A DNA stretch of 64,000 nucleotides from an uncultured delta proteobacterium. GTDB lineage: Bacteria; Desulfobacterota; Binatia; UBA9968. A program made the position numbers and the translations under genes. A model generated the notes under the pieces. The model worked only from the letters and a program-made list of their open reading frames with translations, had not been told where the DNA came from and did no database searches. Position 1 is the first letter of the stretch. Every line of letters starts with the position of its first letter. The stretch lies in NCBI GenBank assembly GCA_963755715.1, contig CAVWLW010000059.1, forward strand, positions 203,910 through 267,909. Direction: 5' to 3'. Below are positions 51,774 to 61,864 of the stretch, piece after piece.

Positions 51774-51994
51774 TTGTTTCCTACGGACCGATTAGGATGG
51801 CCTCTCTCCTATCCCATCCGGCCGTGGCGCATGCCGGCGTATTCACATGAGCATGGCATTCTGGGGATCGCAGGCCCTTCAATATTTTGGCTAACCCCTT
51901 CCCACCATACTGTTCTATCCAGAACTTGATTGGTTCCGCTTGTTGGAGATACAAGTCTTTGCATTAACAGCCCGCCAAGACTATGGAGGTTCCA

Positions 51995-52375
51995 ATGGCA
52001 AGCCCAGCATCGGTTTCGCTCCTCGGTTCCGCAACCGTATTTGTCGTTAAAGATGTCCTGCGCAGCGTCCAGCATTACTGCGAGGTGCTTGGGTTTCACA
52101 CCGAGTTCACTTACGGCGAGCCGACGTTCTACGCGGGCGTGGAACGAGACGGCGTGCTTATCCACCTTCAAGCCGCCAGCGAGACCAAGCGCCAACCCGG
52201 CCATGGTGCCGTAAATGTTTTCGTCACGGATGTCGATGCGCTCTACAGGGAGTTGCAATCGAAAGGCGCCAGAACACTGAAAGAACCGAAAGACTATTCG
52301 TATGGCATGCGTGATTTCGACATCCACGACCTCGACGGCAACCAGCTCTGCTTCGGGATGGAGTCGAAGCAGTAG
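51995..52375 (+). CDS. VOC/bleomycin-resistance family protein
   Basis: YCEVLGF, VTDVDALY and YGMRDFDIHDLDGNQL motifs. Confidence 0.9.
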   Translation: MASPASVSLLGSATVFVVKDVLRSVQHYCEVLGFHTEFTYGEPTFYAGVERDGVLIHLQAASETKRQPGHGAVNVFVTDVDALYRELQSKGARTLKEPKDYSYGMRDFDIHDLDGNQLCFGMESKQ

Positions 52376-52689
52376 CAGCGACGCATTCGTGCACTACATA
52401 ATGACGAAGTAAGAATTATATTTTGAATAACTTCCCGCCTAGCGCGACTACGTCACCGATGGGACGAGGTAAAACCACGTTCGGACAATCACCGCGTTTG
52501 CAGCGCACGCATCTCTCACCATGCAGTTGAGGCTGTTGCTCGGTAGAGCGAATAACAGACCAAGAGGAACCGAACTCCGACCAAGGGGATCGGAAGTTTT
52601 TCATCGTTTCAGTCACTAAACGATTCGAGGGTGGCAATGAGGTCGCGGGTTTGTGTTTCTGGGAATAGGAGATAAGTTCCTCTAGCCTT

Positions 52690-52893
52690 CTATCGACCGC
52701 CCGCCTTTTCGATTGCCTTCACGATAATTTTTTTTGCTTCTTCCCCGGAGAGATTCGTAACAGTCAAATGTGCGATGGATTGACGCCGCCGGATCTTCGT
52801 TTTGGCATCAATGGAAATCTCGGTAATCTGTATTGCTACTCGCGGAGCGCTTCGATTAATAATTGTGATCTCTGCGTCTTTTTTCTTGGCCAA
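52690..52893 (-). CDS. Small basic hypothetical protein
   Basis: GAGGTG RBS before TTG; 67 aa; no recognised family. Confidence 0.45.
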   Translation of the reverse strand: MAKKKDAEITIINRSAPRVAIQITEISIDAKTKIRRRQSIAHLTVTNLSGEEAKKIIVKAIEKAGGR

Positions 52894-52994
52894 GGTATCA
52901 CCTCGCAAACTTTGCCTGTCAAGGTTAGACCTATGCGGCTTGTTGCTGAGAAACTGTCGTTAACATGGTGCTGTGATGCTTAATTCAATATCAT

Positions 52995-53086
52995 TGTGTA
53001 TAAAACATGACAATAAAATGAAGAAACCAGTCCGACCCCATGACAGTTTCAGGTTGTGCACACCTGTGGATAAAACTGGTGATAAC
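52995..53086. promoter_or_regulatory. Cluster of DnaA-box-like 9-mers in AT-rich DNA
   Basis: TGTGTATAA 52995, TGTGGATAA 53065 (perfect); weaker TTGTGCACA 53054 and TGGTGATAA 53077. Confidence 0.45.
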
Positions 53087-53391
53087 TCTCGCGTAGAATT
53101 CAACCACATATTTCAATCTCTTAGCAGATGATACGGAAGGCGAGATTTAGAAGGTGTAACGTATTCGTAACGTAGTAAAAAATAGCGCAGCAGAATTGTA
53201 ATTCCTTAGATAGTGGCTGGAACGATCTCGGATTTCCTGTAGACCAGGTTTAGTGCGGAACACAACGCTAAGGAGAGACTTTCTAAGTTATCAATGAAGT
53301 CGTTGGCAATTATGCATGCGGCGTTGCAATGCAAAGCGCGAAGCTCAATCGTTGGACAGCACGCAACAATCTACTCTGTATCGAGGTTCCC

Positions 53392-53835
53392 GTGGTGTTT
53401 CTAATTGTCAGCACGTTGGCCGCCGGCCTTTTTGCGGGCGCGGCGATCTATGTTAGCGCCGTCGAGCATCCGGCCCGTGTGAGTTGCGGTACGGATCTCG
53501 CTGTTCGAGAATTTGCGCCAAGCTATAAACGCGGCGCGATAATGCAGGCCTCACTAGCGCTAGTCGGATGTATGACGGGATTTATCGGCGGGTGGCAGCT
53601 TAACGATATAGTATCTATCATCGCTGCCTTGCTCCTCGGCGCTGTCGTGCCGTTCACGCTGATTTTCATACTTCCGACGAACAAACGTCTGCTCGATCCA
53701 GCGTTGGACCCACATGGAGCCGAGGCTTCACACCTATTGAATCGATGGGGTCGGCTGCATGCCGTCCGGAGCGTCTTGTCGGCGGCGGCTTTTCTGATCT
53801 TAGTGATACGATTGCTGGTGCTCGGCGGTGCCTAA
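53392..53835 (+). CDS. DUF1772/anthrone oxygenase-like membrane protein
   Basis: FAGAAIYVSAVEHPAR, PFTLIFILPTNKRL and WGRLHAVR motifs. Confidence 0.82.
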   Translation: MVFLIVSTLAAGLFAGAAIYVSAVEHPARVSCGTDLAVREFAPSYKRGAIMQASLALVGCMTGFIGGWQLNDIVSIIAALLLGAVVPFTLIFILPTNKRLLDPALDPHGAEASHLLNRWGRLHAVRSVLSAAAFLILVIRLLVLGGA

Positions 53836-54164
53836 CAGCCGGCGTTGAATCTACGATCGGTCGATTATTGAGCCGCTCTGATAGGCCGTTGCGCTTGCGC
53901 CGGCGCAAGATAAGGTTCTTCGTCTAGCATTCCAGCGACGGCTGCAATGCTGGCCTTTCGCGCGCCCTACTCACGCGCATATTTAACCGGAACTGATCAG
54001 TTTTCGCTTTGCGATTCGCCATAGAGCCATGATAGAGCGAGCCCATGTTGAGAATCCTAGGTGAGCGACCTTCCAGACTCTATTTTTCAATTTCGAGAGT
54101 TCTAGGTGGTGAACGCAGGATTGACGGTCCGGGGCGTTTCGCTAGTGCGCGGATCGCCACGCCT

Positions 54165-55124
54165 ATGCGACAGATCGTATCAGCGCTTTTCGTCTTGACC
54201 CTTGCGATCGTGTCGGTGAGCGAGACCCACGCGGCGGCAGCGCGGCCGTTGCGGATCGCATACTTGTTCACGTCGGGGACCATGGCGTCGATGTGGATGG
54301 CGAAAGAGAGCGGCGGTTTCGCCAAAGAGGGATTAGATGTCGAAATGATTTCCATGTCATCGGTTCTCGCCCTGCCGGCCCTTATTGCCAATGAGGTCGA
54401 CGCCATCCAAATCTCCGCGGTGCCGTTAATTAACGCATCCCTGCGCGGCTTCGATGTCGTTTTCATCGCGGGAATGCTCAATACGATGATATGGGACTTA
54501 TACGCCAGGCCGGAGATCAAGAGCGCCGAGCAGCTGAAAGCTAAAATCGTCGGTACCGAGCGGCCCGGCAGTCCGGTGGCGTACGGCACGCTGGTCGCGC
54601 TGCGCAAGTTAGGACTCACGGCGAAAGATGTTCAGCTTCGAATATTAGGCGGGAGTGCGCAGATCACCGCGGCGCTGCTAACCGGCCAGATTGCCGCCGG
54701 TGCAGCGGCTCCGCCGGTCAGTTTCCAGCTCGACCGAGCCGGATTTCATTCCATGGTCACGACGTTGGATCAGCCCTATCAAAACGTCGGAGTGGTCATC
54801 AGGCGCGGCCGCATGGACGAATTGGCCGGACGCCTCGTGCCCTTGTTGCGCGCGGTGCGCGCCGGCATCGACCGTTACTACAACGACAAAGCCTTCACGA
54901 TGAAAGTCATTGCCAAATATACCAAGGAGAATGATCCCGACATCATCGAACGGACTTACGAGTTTTATCGCAAAGCAGGTTTCCGGCGCGAGCTGATGAT
55001 TTCGGAGCCGGGGATTCAAGGCATTCTGGATTTTCTCACGGAAACTATTCCGGAAGCGAAGAAAGCCACGCCGGCTCAGTTCTTCGACGATCGTTTCGTG
55101 CGCCAGCTCAATAGCGCGAAATAG
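54165..55124 (+). CDS. ABC substrate-binding protein NitT/TauT family
   Basis: Signal peptide; WMAKESGGFAKEGLDV and FFDDRFVRQL motifs. Confidence 0.9.
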   Translation: MRQIVSALFVLTLAIVSVSETHAAAARPLRIAYLFTSGTMASMWMAKESGGFAKEGLDVEMISMSSVLALPALIANEVDAIQISAVPLINASLRGFDVVFIAGMLNTMIWDLYARPEIKSAEQLKAKIVGTERPGSPVAYGTLVALRKLGLTAKDVQLRILGGSAQITAALLTGQIAAGAAAPPVSFQLDRAGFHSMVTTLDQPYQNVGVVIRRGRMDELAGRLVPLLRAVRAGIDRYYNDKAFTMKVIAKYTKENDPDIIERTYEFYRKAGFRRELMISEPGIQGILDFLTETIPEAKKATPAQFFDDRFVRQLNSAK

Positions 55125-55265
55125 ACGATTGAATTATATTTCAGTAGCGATAGCATAATTGCGATGGTCGTGTCTGACTCGCCGTCGCTAGTTGATCTTT
55201 GAAAACTGACGCCTCACCACTAAAAACTATTCGGCACCCTGGACGAAAACAAAAGGAGCGCTTCT

Positions 55266-55730
55266 ATGGCAAAGATCAGTCTCCGAGTAAACGGTAAGAA
55301 TCAAACCGTCGAAGCAGAGCCGGAAATGCCCCTGCTCTACGCTCTGCGTAATGATCTGCAATTCAATGGTCCCAAGTTCGGCTGCGGTCTATCTCAATGC
55401 GGAGCTTGCACTGTCATCATGGACGGCAACGCCATTCGCTCCTGCGTCACTCCCGTCAGCGCCGCGCAAAATAAACCGATCACCACTCTCGAAGGTCTGG
55501 GCAACACCAAGAAAATGCACAAAATCCAGCAGGCCTTCGTCGACGAGCAGGCGGTGCAGTGCGGTTACTGCATCAACGGCATGATCATGAGCACGAAAGC
55601 GCTGCTGGACAAGAATCCCAAACCCAGCGACGGCCAGATCAAAGAAGCATTAGCGGGGAATCTCTGCCGCTGCGGCACGCATATTCGCATTTTGAGAGCG
55701 GTCAAACGGGCCTCGGGACAGATGGTGTAG
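55266..55730 (+). CDS. (2Fe-2S) small subunit, CoxS/IorA family
   Basis: Cys motifs as in the other copies. Confidence 0.95.
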   Translation: MAKISLRVNGKNQTVEAEPEMPLLYALRNDLQFNGPKFGCGLSQCGACTVIMDGNAIRSCVTPVSAAQNKPITTLEGLGNTKKMHKIQQAFVDEQAVQCGYCINGMIMSTKALLDKNPKPSDGQIKEALAGNLCRCGTHIRILRAVKRASGQMV

Positions 55731-55746
55731 GGAAAGGAGCGCAGCG

Positions 55747-58014
55747 ATGAAGACCATGGAACTCAATCGCAGACAGTTTCTCAAAACCACCGGCGCGCTC
55801 GTCGTCAGCTTTAATCTCTTCCCTCCTAGCTCGGATCTCTTCGGACAATCATCGCCGGCTGCGAGCGGAGAACCCGATCCCACTCAGCTTGATTCCTGGA
55901 TCGCGGTAAGTCAGGACGGCACCGTTACGATTTTTACCAGCAAAGTGGAGCTCGGCACCGGCATCGAGACCGCTCTGGCCCAGATCGCGGCCGAGGAGCT
56001 GGATGTCTCTTTACGAAAGATCAAAGTCGACATGGGCGATACCTCGAAGACCATCGACCAGGCGACGACATCCGGCAGTCGGACGATCGAGCGGGCCGGA
56101 CCTCAAGTCCGCCAAGCGGCCGCCGCGGCCCGCAAGGAGCTCTTGCGCATGGCGGCGGAAAGACTCGGCGCGCCTGCCGAGAAGCTCACCGTGCGAGACG
56201 GAGTGGTGAGCGTCCCCGGAAATCCATCAAAACGCATTTCCTACGCGCAGCTGATCGGCGGCAAACGTTTTAATGTAAGTATTCAAGCCGAAGGGCGCGG
56301 CAACGATCTCAAATTGGCCCAGGACGTGAAGGCCAAGGATCCAAAGCAATACACCACCGTCGGCAAACCCGTGCCGCGCTTCGATCTGCCGCCCAAAGTC
56401 ACCGGCGAAGCGGTTTACGTTCATGACATGCGGGTACCCGGCATGCTCCATGGCCGTGTCATTCGACCGCCGACGATTAGCACTGCGCCCGTTAGCATCG
56501 ACGAAAGCTCGGCCAAACAAATTCCCGGGTTTGTGAAAGTCGTGCGCGAAGGAAACTTCGTCGGCGTCGTTGCAAAAACCGAATGGGCGGCGATGCAAGC
56601 CGCGGAAAAGCTCCAGGTCACCTGGTCGGAACCGAAATTTAAACTACCGGCAAACCCCGAAGAGCTTTACACCTACTTGAAGAACACCAAGAGCTTTACC
56701 ACGCTAAAGGGCGTCGAAAAAGGTAATGCAGCGGCTACTTTCGAAAAAGCAAACAAGCGCTACGAAACAAGTTATCGTTGGCCGTTTCAATTGCACGGGA
56801 TGATCGGTCCGTCATGCTCTATTGCCGATGTGCGCGGAGACCAGGCGACGATCTGGTCCGGCTGTCAGGGCCCGTTCCGCATTCGTGCCGCAGTGGCGTC
56901 CCTGCTGAAAATTCCGGAGAAAAACGTCCGCGTCATCTATCGTGATGGCTCGGGCTCCTATGGCCGTCTGAGCAGTGACGATAGTCCAGAGGACGCCGCG
57001 CTGCTATCCCGCGCCGTAGGAGCGCCGGTGCGAATCCAATGGTCGCGCCACGATGAGCATGGCTGGGAGCCCAAAGGTCCGGCACAGACACAGTCATTGA
57101 GGGCCGGTGTTGACGACACTGGCAAAATTATCTCATGGGAATTTACCGACTACAGTTTTCCTTGGACGGTCGCTTCAGCCACTACGTTACTGGCGTCGGA
57201 GCAAATCGGGATAAAGTCCAAAAGTCCCGGTCAAGGCAACGGCAACCAAGGCAGTGGCGAAATTTACGCCTTTGAAAATATCAAAGTCGCCGCGGAGCAA
57301 ATCCCCTGGATGCAAGCGGAACCCTTTCCGCTTCGGACCAGCAACCTGCGCGCCCCCGGACAGCTCTCGCGCACCTTTGCGAGCGAGACGCTGCTCAATG
57401 AAATCGCCGCGGATCTCGGCGTCGATCCCGTCGAATTACGCCTGCGCTATTTGTCCGACGACAAACGCGGCACGGACGTCTTGAAAGCCGTCGCCGAAAA
57501 AGCGCGCTGGCAGAAGCGCGGCGCGCCCGCGGCCAAATCAAATGGAGCCACAGCGAGCGGTAGAGGCATAGCCATGACCCGCCGCTCCGGCGGCTATGCG
57601 GCGGCGATCGCCGACGTCGAGATCAATAAGTCCACTGGCAACGTCGCCGTCAAAAAAATTACGCTCGCGCACGATTGTGGCCTGATCGTCAATCCGGACG
57701 GCGTTAAGAATCAGGTCGAAGGCAACATCATCCAAGGCGTGAGCCGCGCGCTCATGGAAGAGGTGACATTTAATGCTGCGGCAGTGACAAGCTTGGATTG
57801 GGCGAGTTATCCGATCTTAAAATTCCCGGACATTCCGGAAGTCGACATCGTCTTAATCAACCGCCAGGACGTCGCCCCGCTCGGCGCCGGCGAGCTTGCG
57901 ACCGTGCCGGTGCCGGCGGCGATCGCGAGCGCGATCTTCGATGCTGTGGGAGTTAAAATGCGCGAAGTGCCGTTTACGCCGAAACGACTATTGGCGGCGA
58001 TGCAGAAAGCATGA
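55747..58014 (+). CDS. Xanthine-oxidase-family Mo-binding large subunit, Tat-exported
   Basis: NRRQFLK, GSGSYGR, LRAPG and GAGEL motifs. Confidence 0.93.
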   Translation: MKTMELNRRQFLKTTGALVVSFNLFPPSSDLFGQSSPAASGEPDPTQLDSWIAVSQDGTVTIFTSKVELGTGIETALAQIAAEELDVSLRKIKVDMGDTSKTIDQATTSGSRTIERAGPQVRQAAAAARKELLRMAAERLGAPAEKLTVRDGVVSVPGNPSKRISYAQLIGGKRFNVSIQAEGRGNDLKLAQDVKAKDPKQYTTVGKPVPRFDLPPKVTGEAVYVHDMRVPGMLHGRVIRPPTISTAPVSIDESSAKQIPGFVKVVREGNFVGVVAKTEWAAMQAAEKLQVTWSEPKFKLPANPEELYTYLKNTKSFTTLKGVEKGNAAATFEKANKRYETSYRWPFQLHGMIGPSCSIADVRGDQATIWSGCQGPFRIRAAVASLLKIPEKNVRVIYRDGSGSYGRLSSDDSPEDAALLSRAVGAPVRIQWSRHDEHGWEPKGPAQTQSLRAGVDDTGKIISWEFTDYSFPWTVASATTLLASEQIGIKSKSPGQGNGNQGSGEIYAFENIKVAAEQIPWMQAEPFPLRTSNLRAPGQLSRTFASETLLNEIAADLGVDPVELRLRYLSDDKRGTDVLKAVAEKARWQKRGAPAAKSNGATASGRGIAMTRRSGGYAAAIADVEINKSTGNVAVKKITLAHDCGLIVNPDGVKNQVEGNIIQGVSRALMEEVTFNAAAVTSLDWASYPILKFPDIPEVDIVLINRQDVAPLGAGELATVPVPAAIASAIFDAVGVKMREVPFTPKRLLAAMQKA

Positions 58015-58043
58015 TCCAGCAGGCGCAGATTTTGGCGGACAAT

Positions 58044-58937
58044 TCAGCGGCTGGCTAAATTCTCGAACGGCTTCGCCTGAACCTCCTGGCCGACGTCGAT
58101 TTGTAATAGATCCACGCCCACCATCAACGGGCCGGCATATTTTTGCCGCGTTGCCGGGATCAAATCGCCGGCGGTCGCGCTGCCGAACAAGAGCAGATGA
58201 TTGTAGACTGCAAGCTTCGGCTTGACCCGCGTGAAAACTTCGCCCGCCTGCTCCGGGGTCGTGTGGTTGGCGCCGATCCTTTTCAACTGCTGCGCGTTCT
58301 CGGCCGCGCTGCCCGCAACGGCAGTGACTTCGTGCACCAATAGGTCGGCTCCTTGCGCGTGCTCGATCAGGTTTTCGTTGAACGTCGTGTCGCCGGACAG
58401 CACGGCGGCGTGATTTCGATAGTCGATTCGGTAACCAAACGCCGGCAATTCTTCGCCGCCGTGATCGACCTCGAAGGCGCTCACTTGGATCCCGTCTTGA
58501 TCGAATACCACGCCTTCCTTGATTTCGTGAGGAACCAACTTTGCGCCTTCGGGCGGATAGCTTCGGCTGCGGACGCGCAAGTCGACGGCGAAAGCCTGCG
58601 GCAAATGTTCCATCATCTGCCTGGTTCCCTGCGGACCCCAAACATCGAGCGGCGTGCTCCGTTTGCCCCACGGCCGGCCGATCCAACCCGTCAGCCAAAG
58701 ATCGGGAAACCCGACCACGTGATCGGAATGATGGTGCGTTAAATACATCCCGGTGATATCGCAGAATGGAATCCCGAGCTGATGCAGCCGCTGCATGGCG
58801 CCGCGCCCGGCATCGAAGATGAATTTCTGCGCGCCGACTTCGACCAGCGTGCTCGGCCCAAAGCGCTCCAGGCTTGGCGGCGGCGCGCCGGTGCCGAGAA
58901 GAGTAACGCGAAAAGGATTATGAATCGTGTCCGGCAT
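58044..58937 (-). CDS. MBL-fold metallohydrolase (RNase Z/AtsA-like)
   Basis: LLGTG, FDAGRG, THHHSDH, SGDT, LVHE and HTT motifs. Confidence 0.9.
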   Translation of the reverse strand: MPDTIHNPFRVTLLGTGAPPPSLERFGPSTLVEVGAQKFIFDAGRGAMQRLHQLGIPFCDITGMYLTHHHSDHVVGFPDLWLTGWIGRPWGKRSTPLDVWGPQGTRQMMEHLPQAFAVDLRVRSRSYPPEGAKLVPHEIKEGVVFDQDGIQVSAFEVDHGGEELPAFGYRIDYRNHAAVLSGDTTFNENLIEHAQGADLLVHEVTAVAGSAAENAQQLKRIGANHTTPEQAGEVFTRVKPKLAVYNHLLLFGSATAGDLIPATRQKYAGPLMVGVDLLQIDVGQEVQAKPFENLASR

Positions 58938-59082
58938 CTGATAGCTCCTTGAGATGAAGTGAGATCGGCAAAATCGCGCTGCGCAAGCTTATTTCACTTT
59001 CAAGCCGAGTTCCCCTTGCGCCTGGCGCAGCAAGGCCCAATCGAACAACGCGTCCAAAACCGCCGATTCGCGCTGCTCACTA

Positions 59083-60081
59083 TTATTTTCCCGCCAGCAC
59101 CGACTTGATGAAACCGCTCTGATCCAGCTCTTTCACCAGTCGGCTATCAGCGAATTCTTCGGGCTTCGCCGTCTTTGCCTTGGGAACGGTCTTTTCAAGC
59201 TCGAGCAAGAGGCTTGCGATGCCCGCTGGGTAGGGCGGCACGTTGAAACCGTTTTTGATCACCATTTCGTAAGTTTCCTCGAGCACCTCACGATCGTCGG
59301 TGCGGAAATATTTTCCCATGGTCTTCATCGCAAAGGCTTTGTCTTTCATTCCCCGAACCGCGCCCTCGATGTACGCTTTAAGAAACCGCCGGACGGTATC
59401 TTCGTTGGACTTCAAAAATTTGCGCGTCGTGACCACGCCGTTGACGTGATATTCGACGTCGAGCTTTGACAGGTCGACTAGATCTTTCAGCTTGGCTTTG
59501 CGCGCCTGCAGCGTCGCCGGCGGCGTGACCGCCGCAGCTTGAACTTTGCCGGCGACCATGGCGCCGATGGTTTCCGCCGGCCCGCCGGTCTGCACCATAG
59601 TGATATCGCGTTCGGGATCGATGCCGGCGCGCCGCAACGCGATGCGCGAAGCGAGATCGGACTGGGTGCCGAAGCGGGTCGTGCCGAATATTTTACCGCG
59701 CAAATCTTCGATGCGATTGATATTGGGCTGGCTGAAGATCCACCAATTGAATTTCTTCGCGATGGTGGCAATGATCACCGTATCCGTGCCCGAGAGCGCG
59801 GCCTGGATCGGTCCCGCGCCGCCGGCTTGAATGATCGGCAGCTCTCCCGAGAGCATCGCCTGGATCGCCAGCGAGCTTCCCGGAATACTGATCACCTCGA
59901 CGCTGAGGCCGTTCTTTTCATAATAGTTTCCTTCCTTGGCAAGCCAAACCGACATCTGCGCCGCTGACGCCGAGCCGCCGCCGGTGCGGAACTTTTCCAG
60001 TTTCTTTTCCTGGGCCGTAAGATTCAGCGGACACAAGATAGCTGCGAAGAGCGCTGAGGAAACTAGCAATCGGCGAATCAT
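59083..60081 (-). CDS. ABC substrate-binding protein NitT/TauT family
   Basis: Signal peptide; AMLSGE, LRGKIFGTTRFG and ELDQSGFI motifs. Confidence 0.9.
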   Translation of the reverse strand: MIRRLLVSSALFAAILCPLNLTAQEKKLEKFRTGGGSASAAQMSVWLAKEGNYYEKNGLSVEVISIPGSSLAIQAMLSGELPIIQAGGAGPIQAALSGTDTVIIATIAKKFNWWIFSQPNINRIEDLRGKIFGTTRFGTQSDLASRIALRRAGIDPERDITMVQTGGPAETIGAMVAGKVQAAAVTPPATLQARKAKLKDLVDLSKLDVEYHVNGVVTTRKFLKSNEDTVRRFLKAYIEGAVRGMKDKAFAMKTMGKYFRTDDREVLEETYEMVIKNGFNVPPYPAGIASLLLELEKTVPKAKTAKPEEFADSRLVKELDQSGFIKSVLAGK

Positions 60082-60297
60082 GATGCCCTCTCTCTCAAAA
60101 TGACGGGTCCGTGAGCTGACCCAGTGATGGCAAAACGTTTTTGATATATCACAATCGATCGATATATTTCGATGCGATGAATTGAGATCAAATTGTGAGC
60201 TCGGCGCGACGGAAAAACGTATTAGCAGCCTAGCGAAAAAAAGAAGACGCGCTCAAGGACACCAGTGATCGCTGGGAAAAAATAGCGGCAGGGCGAA

Positions 60298-60530
60298 ATG
60301 AACTCTCGCTCACCCCCACAAATCAAATCTGATACAGCTCCGGTAGTTGAATCGTCACGCTTGGTTGCTCTCCTCCTCAGGAAAATACTGATTTTCATAC
60401 GCTCGCCTTTGTGCATAGCTGGGTCGGCTGACAGCCAGCGACACCAGGGTAAAACGGACTGATACACCAGTTGTCTTTGAAATGGGGGATCGAGTAGAAG
60501 AGACAAACTCAACAAATCACTTAAACAGGG
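60298..60530 (+). repeat. Non-coding direct repeat, copy 1 (leader of the 60541 gene)
   Basis: Highly similar to 63758-63997. Confidence 0.9.
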
Positions 60531-60540
60531 AGGGTATTAT

Positions 60541-61465
60541 ATGTTTCGTCATTCGACCAATACTGCTTCGTTTTTCTCCGTCCTTATTGTTGCGCTCATT
60601 TTCTCGCTCTCTCTGGCGGGGGTTGCGGCGGCGCAGGGCAACACCAGTCTGGGGACAGGCGCGCTTCAGAACAACACCACGGGGAGTTTCAACACCGCCA
60701 TCGGGCAAGATGCGCTCTTTAGCAACAGCATCGGTAGCCTCAATACAGCTAGCGGAGTTATGCGCTCATTGGCAACACTGCGGGCGACGCCAACACTGCC
60801 AGCGGAGTCAATGCGCTCTTTGGCAACACCACGGGCGACTTCAACACCGCCAGCGGAGTCAATGCGCTCCTTAGCAACACCACGGGCAGCTACAACACCG
60901 CCATCGGGGCCTCTGCCAATGTTCTGGGAATCTGACCAACGCTACGGCTATCGGCTATCAAGCCATCGTCAATGCCAGCAATAAGATCCGCCTGGGAAAC
61001 ACTGCTGTCACGGTGATCGAAGGGCAGGTGGCGTTTACTGCCAGTTCGGACAAGACCAAGAAGGAAAACTTCCAGCCGGTGGATGGAGAAGAAGTGCTGG
61101 GGAAGATTCGCGGCTTTGAGCTATCAAGCTGGAACTTCATTGGCCACGATCCTAAAGAGTTTCGCCACTATGGTCCCATGGCGCAAGACTTCTTTGCGGC
61201 CTTCGGCCAAGACGGAGTCGGACAGATCGGCACGGAGACGACGATCAACTCTGGCGACCTGGCGGGGATTCTTATGGTCGCCGTGCAGGCGCTGGAGAAG
61301 CGCACAGCGGAGCTAAAACAGAAGGAGGCGCAGATTGCGGTGCTGGCATCGAAGGTCGAAGAGATAACAGCGAAGTACGCCTACCTTGAGACTGTGGCGG
61401 CACGGCTGGAGGGCGTGACGATTCCGCCCAACGTGCTGGCGCGGGCGGACAAGGTGATCAAGTGA
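60541..61465 (+). CDS. Secreted fibre/adhesin-like protein with 14-aa NTAxG repeats and C-terminal peptidase S74 intramolecular chaperone (frameshifts near 60757 and 60930)
   Basis: Signal peptide; NTSLGTGALQNNTTGSFNTAIG repeats; SSDKTKKEN, HYGPMAQDF and a terminal coiled coil. Confidence 0.8.
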
Positions 61466-61864
61466 CAATGGGCGCCAGCAGAACGCAATAGCTAGTAGCT
61501 GTGCCTTTGCTCGAACAAATTGACGATCATTAAGTTAAGATTAAAACCAACATGCGGACCGTCATAAGAAAGTGATTGGTTTACCAACGGCAAATTTGTC
61601 TTCGCACGGAGGACATTTCCCCCACGGATGGTCGTGACCGTACTGGCACTCGCCGGTTTCAACCTCTTCATAGGATCGCCGGCATAGAAAACAAATATGT
61701 TTGTGAAATGTGATTGGTTTTTCTTCAATTTCCATTCGTTTTTATTTCTGCTAGTTCTAGTACACATGACCAACACCACACTGCTCTCGTCGAGCGCCGC
61801 TCGAAATTGAGCCAAGGATCGCGCCGTGAATGGACAGAAAATAAATCATTGAGAGGGGGCGCGG

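Noticed and set aside
52995-53086. Chromosomal oriC
   Set aside because: Few boxes, accessory context and no dnaA/dnaN/gidA neighbours
53215-53250. tRNA 3' fragment marking an att site
   Set aside because: TGGCTGG start, but no TTCGAA T-loop complement or cloverleaf
45132-58014. Aerobic CO dehydrogenase
   Set aside because: No AYxCSFR or AYRGAGR active-site motif and no CoxM; the large subunits carry Tat signals
60630-60910. 42-bp periodic repeats as CRISPR or a DGR template/variable repeat
   Set aside because: They are in-frame coding repeats of the fibre protein; no reverse transcriptase is present
2170-60930. About 20 single-base frameshifts (fumarase, Mo enzymes, SBPs, EamA, desaturase and others) as programmed frameshifting or mass pseudogenisation
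   Set aside because: They are scattered, share no slippery motif, and the joined proteins keep intact motifs without nonsense codons; long-read indel error is the simpler explanation
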